This document shows, in pieces, positions 12,317-23,304 of a DNA stretch of 64,000 bases. Where the stretch lies: assembly GCA_010909165.1 (NCBI GenBank), contig MU008169.1, forward strand, positions 1,984,001-2,048,000, written 5' to 3'. The notes beneath the pieces are model-generated. The model was given only the letters and a program-made list of their open reading frames with translations. It did not search any database and was not told the origin of the DNA. Position 1 is the first letter of the stretch, and every line of letters starts with the position of its first letter. Position numbers and translations under genes: made by a program. This stretch comes from Anthoceros angustus (taxonomy: Eukaryota > Plantae > Anthocerotophyta).

Positions 12317-14571
12317 TCAAGGAGTGAACTGGTCACCATCCACTGAAGGTGAGAACGATTGATGTTGCTGCACACTTCTGATCTCTCTTAACAGTGCTTT
12401 TGCCTCTTCCTTCGCCTACAAGACAGGCATTCCCCAAAAATCAAAGAACGAGATGCAGCTAGCAATTGGTCTGAGTATGAAAGATGATGCTGCTGCAAAA
12501 ATTGACAAGGGTGCATTACAAAAACATTTGCACTTACAGGCCCTCCATAGTCTTGCAACCGTGTGCAATACGTTTCTGCTTCACCAAGTAGTCGGCGATT
12601 TTTACAGTACGTGGCAAGAAACAGCAAGGCATCAACAATATCTTGCCCCTCGCTTCGATCTGCTTCCATCCTTTCCAAGGCTTTCCTGTAATAATAAGCA
12701 GCCTCCTCCGTTTCACCTAGCTGATTGAACAGTTTCGCAAGCTTGTTCAAGGCAATGCCCTCCCTGTCATTGTTACTGACTGCCCGTTTGTAGCACCTGA
12801 TGGCTGCATCATGCATCTGAAGATGGTCATTTTCATAGATACCTCCCATTGCACACCACATCCGGGCGTCATGCGGCCTGAGCTGCGTGGCACGTTGAAA
12901 GTAATATTGGGCATAGTAGGGCATATGCAGGATCTCGTATGTCTGACCAAGACCATACCACGCACGATAATCTCTTGGGTTGATGTCCACAGCCCTCCTA
13001 TACGCATCAATGGCAGCAGGAGTATTTTTCAGTTCAACATATTCATGGCCCATGAGTGTCCATGCCGACAGATACTTTCGATTGAGCTTTAGCGCCCTTC
13101 TGAAGTAGAGCACAGCTTTCTCATGTTGTGCTTTTAAACTGTAGTAATTCCCGATGATGCAGCAGGTCTCCGGTCGATACTTGTCTGTGAGAACTGCTTT
13201 GTGCGCCAAATGACTCAGCGATGCAAAGCATTCCTTCACATAAAGAATGTTAGAGTATGTGTCCATCCCATCTATCCGATAAGGATCTATCCTGAGAAGC
13301 TCCTCAAAAATAGCTTCTGCTTCATCAAAGTCACGCAGGTTATAATGAGCAGTTGCTGTTTGCGCCAAGATGTGATCACTCCGGGGAAAAGATAAATGCA
13401 GTGATCGGTAACAGGCGAGGCCATCCGAGTTCCTCTGCAAATCCAGATAGACACTGCCCAAGAAGAAGTCGCGCATCCAATGCTCGTTGAGATTAAGGTT
13501 GGACAGAATATCACTATCTGTGCACAGAGCCTGCAGCTCAAGCCACGCACTCCAGTTCCATGGATACAGGTTCACAGACTCGCACAATGTAGCACGAGCT
13601 TCGGCATTGCGCTCCCTTTCATGTAGAACCACCCCGTACAGATACATCCCAAAGGCATCCAGCATATTCTTCCTGTAAAGAGCTGACAGCTCCTGCTCCA
13701 ACCCAGCTAGCTCCGGGTTCACAACATCACCGGTGCCAAGGGGTCCTGCCAGCTCTATGATAGCCTCCTCCTTCCTCTTCTCTCCTGCCTGAACACCAAC
13801 AGGAAGCCATCAGTTTCCCTTCCAAGACGACCTTGTATCACCTGAGCTCCACACCCGACCTGAACCAACTCCGCACACATCGTCATACCAGCTTTCAACA
13901 AAGCACTTGACCTTCCCCTGAAAATGTGGCAAACCTTGGGAATGAAAAAGTTACTCGACCAGATAAATGGCATAACACCGGAGAAACAGACTCTTGTGCC
14001 CGGTGCAGCCTCGGAGTGCATGTGCTGCTCGACGGTACTCTCGTAGGTCGAAAAATGACTTGGCCAGTAGGTACACATCGTCGTCCTCGTCTTCCTCCTC
14101 CGCCACCAAGCCTTTTCCAGGAGCAGGAGTGGCTTGATCCCTCCTGCTGGAGAATCTCTTGGACGTGGACCTATCCGACCGGCCATCAGCTCCCGTAATC
14201 CCGTCGTCCAACACGCCAACTAGCTGCTCTGCAGCCCTGTCATCCAGGCACCGATACTTAACCCCAACCCGCACCAAAATCCTTCATCAACAAGAGTCAC
14301 AAGGCAAAACCCTGCCAGCATCAATGTCAACTGGTACACCAGAACAAGACAGCTGCCTGTGCAGATCGGAGAAAGAAGGAAATGACAACTCTCCAGCTTA
14401 CAACCACCAAACAAAAATCACAATCGCAAATGCGCTTCAGCTTCCGCACTGCTGGCCAGAAGGAGCCGCTGGTTACCATTTCGCAGCTGCAAAAAGGCCG
14501 CGATCCCGGAGCTGACAGACGGCATTGCGTAGCTCTCTGCGGTAACAAGAACCCACACCGCTAACCTCCAT
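12317..14571 (-). CDS. APC8: Anaphase-promoting complex subunit 8 (CDC23), TPR protein, multi-exon
   Basis: Exon 1 MEVSGVGSCYRRELRNAVCQLRDRGLFAAAKW. Exon 2 LLAKSFFDLREYRRAAH..FLRCYAIYL. Large exon with YRPETCCIIGNYYSLKAQHEKAVLYFRRALKLN and AWTLMGHEYVELKNT. Last exon AKEEAKALLREIRS..TP*. Confidence 0.97.
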
Positions 14572-15000
14572 ACCACCAGAGTGCCGCCAGCCACTGTGGA
14601 AGTGAAGGCGAGAGACAGAATACAAGGAAACACGAGCCGCAAACTTCACTGACTGGTTTTCGCACCAACGACGTCGATGTCAAAGGCGGTTTCCTTCGGG
14701 GAGCCTTGGTTGTGGGAAGGCCAGTATCCCTACGATGGACGTACCGGTTACTTATTTATTATAGGTTATATATACAGAGGTATATATAACATTTTTATAT
14801 AGATTATGATAAAATAATCATATTTATGAGCCTCTTATATAGATAATAAATTCGAGTTATTTGGAAAAAAATCAATATATATACTATTTAAATTAAAGCA
14901 TCATATATTGTATGAGAACGTATATACTCATGAGTTCACTAAGTCTAATTCCACAAAATTATGTAAAAACAAAGAAAAAGGTTGGATATTAATTTTAACT

Positions 15001-15270
15001 CTAGCCTGTTCTCTCACGACCTGTAGATGTGGGCCCCCCTCGACGACTCTGGGACCCATCTACCTCGCTGTCCAATTGGTGGACAGCCCATTGCAACACA
15101 CACATCGCCGTATGTGATGTCATGTTCTGGATGGCCGAGGAGAGCGGATTCTTTCCTTTCAAGGACCGCCCACATATTTTGCCCAATGTTGTCGGTCGAG
15201 GGCTTATTAATTTTTGACCCATGGGGTACCGGTATATGTTGCGGATGTGGTTGTAATGAACCCTTCCCCT
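15001..15270 (+). mobile_element. Non-LTR retrotransposon fragment (CCHC + start of restriction-like endonuclease)
   Basis: CRCGPPLDDSGTHLPRCPIGGQPIATH..VCDVMFWMAEESGFFPFKD (frameshifted). Paralogous to 25900-26250 and 60830-61130. Confidence 0.8.
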
Positions 15271-15429
15271 TCCTAGCACTGGCTACTACCACGGTCTCTG
15301 ATAATTTGTTTACTATATATGCGGTCACTGTGTGAAGTCTTGTCAAGGTCTCTTACAAAATTGAAGGTGTACAATCAAGTTCTGAAGCCACATGAGCGGA
15401 GTATGGCTGTAGATTTGCCACATGGACGC

Positions 15430-15790
15430 TATATGTTTCATGGGGATCAAGTTCGTGCCTCTACAAGTTGTGACCTAGCATCCCAGAACTTCGTTTAACA
15501 TTGTATTTTGTGGGTTACGAGTACAAGTATTTTCCAACATTGCAATTACACTAGGTAGAGTGAACGGCTCTTTGCGCCTTAAGACTGTAGAAAACCGAGA
15601 AAACATCTGATCCACTTGATCATGGGTGTCGTCAATGAGTAATGGAGTTAATACAAGGTAGTTCAGTATCAACAATCATTGAACAGCAGTATATGGGTCA
15701 CAGTTTCAACCCGTTTCCATCCACCACTCTATTGAGAAGCTATTGCCCACCCGGTTCCATTGTACTTTCCTTCCTCCTAATGTCCGAATG
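15430..15790 (-). pseudogene. Duplicate of the DUF7869/Sola-like transposase fragment
   Basis: Near-identical to 17870-18226. Encodes THDQVDQMFSRFSTVL. Confidence 0.55.
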
Positions 15791-16412
15791 AAAAGTTACT
15801 CGACCAGATAAATGGCATAACACCGGAGAAACAGACTCTTGTGCCCTGCAGCCTCGAGTGCATGTGCTGCTCGACGGTACTCTCGTAGGTCGAAAAATGA
15901 CTTGGCCAGTAGGTACACATCGTCGTCCTCGTCTTCCTCCTCCGCCACCAAGCCTTTTCCAGGAGCAGGAGTGGCTTGATCCCTCCTGCTGGAGAATCTC
16001 TTGGACGTGGACCTATCCGACCGGCCATCAGCTCCCGTAATCCCGTCGTCCAACACGCCAACTAGCTGCTCTGCAGCCCTGTCATCCAGGCACCGATACT
16101 TAACCCCAACCCGCACCAAAATCCTTCATCAACAAGAGTCACAAGGCAAAACCCTGCCAGCATCAATGTCAACTGGTACACCAGAACAAGACAGCTGCCT
16201 GTGCAGATCGGAGAAAGAAGGAAATGACAACTCTCCAGCTTACAACCACCAAACAAAAATCACAATCGCAAATGCGCTTCAGCTTCCGCACTGCTGGCCA
16301 GAAGGAGCCGCTGGTTACCATTTCGCAGCTGCAAAAAGGCCGCGATCCCGGAGCTGACAGACGGCATTGCGTAGCTCTCTGCGGTAACAAGAACCCACAC
16401 CGCTAACCTCCA
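15786..16412 (-). pseudogene. APC8: Truncated duplicate of the APC8 5' end (exons 1-2); homologous promoter continues to ~16630
   Basis: Near-identical to 13940-14790 with a few small deletions. Breaks off just after exon 2. Confidence 0.9.
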
Positions 16413-16937
16413 TACCACCAGAGTGCCGGCCAAGCCACTGTGGAAGTGAAGGCGAGAGACAGAATACAAGGAAACACGAGCCGCAAACTTCACTGACTGG
16501 TTTTCGCACCAACGACGTCGATGTCAAAGGCGGTTTCCTTCGGGGAGCCTTGGTTGTGGGAAGGCCAGTATCCCTACGATGGACGTACCGGTTACTTATT
16601 TATTATAGGTTATATATACAGAGGTATATATAACATTTTTATATATATATACCTATGTTTTTTAATAAAATTTTAAATTTTGATAAAATTATTTTTTGTA
16701 AATGTTGAAATTTTGAAAATATAAATATTTATGAGTTTATGATGCCAAAAATAAGGAAACTAGGGTTTGTGTGGAAAATTAGGGCCTATTTAAGGGAGGT
16801 CTATACATATCCATTAGTTTTATATATATATACCTATGTTTTTAATAAAATTCGAGTTATTTGGAAAAAATCAATATATATACTATTTAAATTAAGCATC
16901 ATATATTGTATGAGAACGTATATACATCTTTGGCGTG

Positions 16938-17200
16938 TTGGCATGAATAGAAAGATTTATTTTAATGCATTTATGAAGTTCATCATGTATGGATCATATG
17001 TCATGGCCATTGCGGTATGATTACGTATTTGGCATGAATAGAAAGATTTATTTTAATGCATTTATGAAGTTCATCACATATGGATCATATGTCATGGCCA
17101 TTGCGGTATGATTACGTGCTTGGCATGAATAGAACGATTTATTTTAATGCATTTATGAAGTTCATCATGTATGGATCATATGTCATGGCCATTGCGGTAT
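16938..17200. repeat. 91-bp tandem repeat x3 in an AT-rich dispersed element
   Basis: ttggcatgaatag at 16938, 17029 and 17120. The same array occurs at 20290-20550. Confidence 0.9.
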
Positions 17201-17436
17201 CTAATCATACTTGCGCTGAAAATTTCTGTGTCACCCTACACTTGTTTACAACCTTTGCCTCCTTTGGTCTCGATCCAATCACGGTAGCCACTCCCTTTTC
17301 CGCTTACTTCACGATTTTGTTCTTTCCCTTGCATCGACAACAAAAGCGTGGCTCACAAAAATCCAAACAACAAGTTCACTAAGTCTAATTCCACAAAATT
17401 ATGTAAAACAAAGAAAAGGTTGGATATTAATTTTAA

Positions 17437-17710
17437 CTCTAGCCTGTTCTCTCACGACCTGTAGATGTGGGCCCCCCTCGACGACTCTGGGACCCATCTA
17501 CCTCGCTGTCCAATTGGTGGACAGCCCATTGCAACACACACATCGCCGTATGTGATGTCATGTTCTGGATGGCCGAGGAGAGCGGATTCTTTCCTTTCAA
17601 GGACCGCCCACATATTTTGCCCAATGTTGTCAGTCTGAGGGCTTATTAATTTTTGACCCATGGGGTACCAGGTATATGTTGCAGATGTGGTTGTAATGAA
17701 CCCCTTCCCC
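17437..17710 (+). mobile_element. Second copy of the CCHC/RLE retrotransposon fragment
   Basis: Near-identical to 15001-15270. Encodes HILPNVVSLRA. Confidence 0.8.
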
Positions 17711-17869
17711 CTTCCTAGCGCACGGCTACCACGGTCTCTGATAATTTGTTTACTATATATGCGGTCACTGTGTGAAGTCTTGTCAAGGTCTCTTACAAAA
17801 TTGAAGGTGTACAATCAAGTTGCTGAAGCCACATGAGCGGAGTATGGCTGTAGATTTGCCACATGGACG

Positions 17870-18500
17870 CTATATGTTTCATGGGGATCAAGTTCGTGCC
17901 TCTACAAGTTGTGACCTAGCATCCCAGAACTTCGTTTAACATTGTATTTTGTGGGTTACGAGTACAAGTATTTTCCAACATTGCAATTACACTAGGTAGA
18001 GTGAACGGCTCTTTGCGCCTTAAGACTGTAGAAAACCGAGAAAACATCTGATCCACTTGATCATGGGTGTCGTCAATGAGTAATGGAGTTAATACAAGGT
18101 AGTTCAAGATCAACAATCATTGAAGCAAGATATGGGTCAGTTCAACCCGTTTCCATCCACCACTCTATTGAGAAGCTATTGCCCACCCGGTTCCATTGTA
18201 CTTTCCTTCCTCCTAATGTCCGAATGGATGCCCTGTTCATGCTTTGTACGAACTCCTTCCATGCTCTGAGCATTCTCCTCTGCCGCGCACATTCAAAGTG
18301 GTACCGAGGTGGTAACAGAACAAGCAAAATGCCCTCCTGGACCATGAATTATTCCCTTCTATTGATTGCTACACCATGTGAGCTGTCTTTTTCTATTCAT
18401 GAACCAAATCCATTCAAAACACAGCTAAAACCTTCGGTTCAAAGGGCATTTCATGGTAGTTTAGATGAAAATAGCAAGTATTCATTTGCCACTTATCCGA
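17870..18500 (-). pseudogene. Decayed DDD/E transposase of the DUF7869 (Sola-like) type
   Basis: Across frames: GIIHGPGGHF, PPRYHF, and THDQVDQMFSRFS, resembling the GHTHxDxDQxFS motif. The superfamily assignment is from memory. Confidence 0.55.
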
Positions 18501-19093
18501 CAATTATTAGGGTTTGGACATGGAGTGGCGTCATCGCACCACAGCTTTCTCCGCATACAAAATATTCAAATTTGTTACCCTCGGCTTCGCTTCTCCAATC
18601 CCGGCTAAGGGCTTTGGCATTGCGCGATCCAGGCAGCCGGACACCATGGTGAGCGGACGCAGGAGCAAAAAAGCAAAGGATGCAGCTGAGCTGCCGAAGC
18701 GGTTGAAGAAAGCAAGGAATGACGCCCAGGCAAGAGCAAGAGCTGCGGGACTGACGATGGAGAAGGTCGCTATTGGCGTCACCGAGGTTCAGAAAGATCC
18801 ACCTCCAACCATGCCCCCACCCCACTCTTATGCTTAAGCATTCATGGCTGGTTCGAAATTCTAAGAAACGCAAAAGAAACCCCTACCCTTAAAAATTCAA
18901 AAGTTTAATATTATTAAACCTAGTGAAATCATACAAGGTTTAGTGAACCTTTGAATATACCAATCAGAGTTGAATACTCCTAGGTTTAATGAGGTTACTT
19001 TAAAGTTCAAATTTCAACTCTATTCCTGGGGTTTAATGAGGTTACTTTAAAGTTCAAAGTTCAAATTTTCAAATCTATTCCAGGGATTGAATG

Positions 19094-19203
19094 TGGGAAA
19101 GAAGACTTTATTATAAAAAGAGATGGGAAAAACCCATCCACCCATAAACAAAAGGGAAAACCCCAAGAAGGGCACCATGCCGGGGACTAGCCCCAATTCC
19201 CTC
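19094..19203 (-). mobile_element. 3'-end stub of the CRE-like retroelement with a degenerate target-site duplication
   Basis: Same stub and flanks as 22594-22709. Left repeat attccagggattgaatg at 19077-19093, right repeat attcgaggattgaatg at 19204-19219. Confidence 0.75.
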
Positions 19204-19869
19204 ATTCGAGGATTGAATGAGACTATGAATTTGAGTCTTGCAAATATTATAGTTGTTACGCTATGTATAAGGCTAAGCTAGTTAGGGTTCCAGAAACGCT
19301 ACCTATAGTTAGGGCTACATATTTAAAGTGGACACATAACACAATTTTGTATTCATTCTTTATTATATACCGTACTCCAAGGGGTGATTCGGCGTTAATT
19401 AATTAAAATTAGTAAAATTTAAAAATCCAGAAATTATTATACTTAAAATGTTGAATAGGTAAAAATTTATGAGTTTATGATGCCAAAAATAAGGAAACTA
19501 GGGTTTGTGTGGAAAATTAGGGCCTATTTAAGGGAGGTCTATACATATCCATTAGTTTTATATATATATACCTATGTTTTTTTAATAAATTTTAAATTTT
19601 GATAAAATTATTTTTTGTAAATGTTGAAATTTTGAAAAATATAAATATTTATGTTGAACCTTATTTGTTTCAAAAAATAATTATTTCGATATTATCCTGT
19701 TGAACCACCCCTCGGGGTACGGTAGCAAGTTCTTTGGGGAAAACTCGCTCTTCTTTTAGGAAAACTCGCTCTTCGCTATTTGGACACACCCCGAGGATGG
19801 GGGAGGGCCGTGAACCCATGCATGCGCCTTTAAATATTCCCATGTATCATAATGGCATTAAAGGCTTTC

Positions 19870-20145
19870 AACCCGCTTGGGCACTAGGCCCTCTCCAAAT
19901 GTGTGTCCAAATGGCTTAGGCCAAATGGACACACATTTATAAGAACGTGATTATTAAGCATCGTGCGCTTGGATCGGTACTTAGATGGGGTGCCTAAAGG
20001 GAATGGATGCCCTTGGTGCTAGTAGCTTAGGCATACCATGGTACAAGTTGTTAAGTACCAAGTCCCATGACGGAAATCTGTCCTTAGTGGACTTCAATAA
20101 AATTCTTTAGTGGACTTAAATAAAATTCTTCTTCTTCTTCTTCTC
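19870..20145 (+). mobile_element. Dispersed element with internal hairpin (19897-19938) and AATAAA-(CTT)n tail
   Basis: Homologous to 6885-7045 (3' part) and 57545-57620 (hairpin part). Ends aaataaaattcttcttcttcttcttc. Confidence 0.6.
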
Positions 20146-20289
20146 TCCACATCTGCCTTGTGGAGATTGGCCATTACCGCATAGTACAACCTATAGGTAT
20201 CTGTATGAATGCGCAATTACATATGATATCATATGGATATATGTCCATCCGTATATACACATATACACGTATATACATCTTTGGCGTAT

Positions 20290-20750
20290 TTGGCATGAAT
20301 AGAAAGATTTATTTTAATGCATTTATGAAGTTCATCATGTATGGATCATATGTCATGGCCATTGCAGTATGATTACGTATTTGGCATGAATAGAAAGATT
20401 TATTTTAATGCATTTATGAAGTTCATCACATATGGATCATATGTCATGGCCATTGCGGTATGATTACGTACTTGGCATGAATAGAACGATTTATTTTAAT
20501 GCATTTATGAAGTTCATCATGTATGGATCATATGTCATGGCCATTGCGGTATCTAATCATACTTGCACGCTGAAAATTTCACGGCTGTGTCACCCTACAC
20601 TTGTTTACAACCTTTTGCCTCCTTTGGTCTCGATCCAATCACGGTAGCCACTCCCTTTTCCCGCTACTTCACGATTTTGTTCTTTCCCTTGCATCGCGAC
20701 AACAAAAACGTGGCTCACAAAAATCCAAACAACAAGTTCACTATGGAAAT
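20290..20750. repeat. 91-bp x3 array plus downstream block, duplicate of 16938-17380
   Basis: Units at 20290, 20381 and 20472. The downstream sequence aligns with 17200-17380. Confidence 0.88.
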
Positions 20751-21208
20751 ACCTAGTTTACCTTCCATCGGGAAGGCCCACTCCCTTTCGATTCACATCT
20801 CCTCCTAAGTTGACACATTTCACCAATCTTCAGCCAGTTGGTACATTCTCTCCATGTCAATCATTCTTCATTGCTGGATGTTTCTTTGCAGAAAACAATG
20901 CTTCAGTACAAACGCACAAAGAGAACTACAATTTAAACGCAATCACTAGCAATTACTAGTAATAAGAGCACTCAATTTCCCATCTCTACATTTTTTAATA
21001 AAGTCTCTATTTTCCCCATTTAACTTTGAAAAACTATTCATCCATCAATACAAAGGAGGAACTACAATTTAAACATAATCACTAGCAATTACTAGCAATA
21101 ATAGCACTCACAGACTTGAAGAGTTTGCGAGCATGTTGCATTGGGTTTCAAATCTTGTCTTCCATCTTTACAAGCTAGCAAACTCAAGCAGATATGCTCC
21201 ACTAGGTT

Positions 21209-22119
21209 TCAAATCTTGTCTTCCATCTTTTCAGGCTGGATGAGGGGATTGGATTTGGCAATGTCAAGCTTGCCTACACACTTGAAATCATAGGAGCAAT
21301 TATGATCCTCGGGCAAGCGATGGGAGGAGCAAAAGAGTTGCTCGCATCGTAGCTTGATTAAACAACGCTTCCAGTAAAACAACGAGTTAATTTCTTAAGC
21401 GGCGCCACAAGAGGAGTTGGCTCTTGAGCCACAATTGCCGACTTGTTTGTTGGAAATTCCAACGTGTTGGCTCTGTGAGGAAACAACGAAACACATATCT
21501 TTTGTACTTGATCTCCAAAGAAGCCACATTGCTTGATGCAAGGTATGCACATAGGGGGATTAGAGCTGGTAACCGGTTTTGTCAATTCCAAAGCCTTAGA
21601 CTTGATGACGGCTTCAGCTTCGTCTGATAGTGTGAAATGGTTTTTCACTTCTTGCGCGGAGGTGGTGGATGTTGTTATGGATTTCAAAGTCATAGGCTCG
21701 GCAAAAGCTCCTGCTCCTGCTCAAATGCAATATACTTGGCACTTCTTGTTGAAGGTGGTAGCCATAGTTGCCAATCGTGAAGCCTCAGGTTTAGTGACAA
21801 TTCCAGTTGCCATCTGCTTCTTCGTTTCGTGCTTGGAGGAACTCACAAGCTCAGGGACACCCTCAACTCTCGTTCCGGCCTGCTCTGAAGCCACAACCTC
21901 AGGGACAACTTCATTTCTAGTTGCATCTCGCTTCAATTCTTGCTTCAAGATTGTGGACGTTGTTGTTGTCAATTTTAAAGCTTTAACCTCGGCAACAACT
22001 TGAGTTTCCGCTTGCTTCTGGGTTTCCCGCTGGTAACAAATTGAGCACATGTTATGTGTTTCAACCCTTCCAAAGAATCCACATCCCTTCACACATAGCG
22101 TTGCTTCCTTCCTATCCAT
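21209..22119 (-). CDS. A20/AN1 zinc-finger stress-associated protein, copy 1 (intronless; frameshifted in this sequence)
   Basis: N-terminal A20 finger CVKGCGFFGRVETHNMCSIC is in frame from the ATG at 22119. The second A20 and the AN1 finger are present but frameshifted. Confidence 0.8.
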
Positions 22120-22593
22120 GTTGTGTGTTATTGCTAAGTGAAAGAAGTAATCACTAGCAAATGAAGCTATCTCAATTGAGCACGTGCGTTATTGTTAAAG
22201 CGAAGAACTAAATCACTAGCAAATGAAGCTATCACGATTGAGCGAGTTACTTTATACAAATGACGACAACTCCATATATAGTCCCCAAATGAAGCTATTA
22301 TGATTGAGCAAGTTACATAATATAATAACAATTTGCATATATAGTCCTCAAAGAGCGGCAATTTATACTTTCCTCATACTAGAAAAATTCCTATTTATAC
22401 CATATTAATATTATTAAACCTAGTGAAATCATACAAGGTTTAGTGAACCTTTGAATATACCAATCAGAGTTGAATACTCCTAGGTTTAATGAGGTTACTT
22501 TAAAGTTCAAATTTCAACTCTATTCCTGGGGTTTAATGAGGTTACTTTAAAGTTCAAAGTTCAAATTTTCAAATCTATTCCAGGGATTGAATG

Positions 22594-22709
22594 TGGGAAA
22601 GAAGACTTTATTATAAAAAAGAGATGGGAAAAACCCATCCACCCCATAAACAAAAGGGGAAAACCCCAAAGAAGGGCACCATGCCGGGGGGACTAGCCCC
22701 AATTCCCTC
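22594..22709 (-). mobile_element. ~116-bp 3' stub of the CRE-like retroelement with a 17-bp target-site duplication
   Basis: attccagggattgaatg at 22577-22593 and 22710-22726. The insert matches the element 3' end at 25474-25580. Confidence 0.85.
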
Positions 22710-22740
22710 ATTCCAGGGATTGAATGAGACTATGAATTTG

Positions 22741-22880
22741 AGTCTTGCAAATATTATAGTTTAAGTCTTGCAAATATCATAGTTTAAGTCTTGCAAATAT
22801 CATAGTTTAAGGCTTGCAAGTATCATAGTTTAAGTCTTGTAAATATCATAGTTTAAGTCTTGAGTCTGGCAACTATCATA
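22741..22880. repeat. 23-bp tandem repeat x5-6 (agtcttgcaaatatcatagttta)
   Basis: Directly visible. The paralogous block near 19234 has only one unit. Confidence 0.9.
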
Positions 22881-22989
22881 TTTTAATTCTATTCTAATAT
22901 ATTTCTGGGAAATTCATTATTGTTCCCTTTATTTTATTTCTTTACTCCAAAGTTTAATGTGGTTAAATCTAGTGAAATCATAAAGGGTT

Positions 22990-23304
22990 TAGTGACAATT
23001 CCGATTGCCATCTGCTTCGCGTTTCGTGCTTGGAGGAACTCACAAGCTCGGGGACACCCTCAACTCTCGTTCCGCCTGCTCAAGCCACAACCTCGGGGAC
23101 AACTTCATTTCTAGTTGCATCTCGCTTCAATTCTTGCTTCAAGATTGTGGGCGTTGTTGTTGTCAATTTTAAAGCTTTAACCTCGGCAACAACTTGAGTT
23201 TCGCTTACGGGTTTCCCCGGTAACAAATTGAGCACATGTTATGTGTTTCAACCCTTCCAAAGAATCCACATCCCTTCACATAGCGTTGCTTCCTTCCTAT
23301 CCAT
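22990..23304 (-). pseudogene. A20/AN1 SAP copy 2, 5' third only
   Basis: Aligns with 21790-22119. Truncated at ggtttagtga where it joins an AT-rich repeat. Confidence 0.85.
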
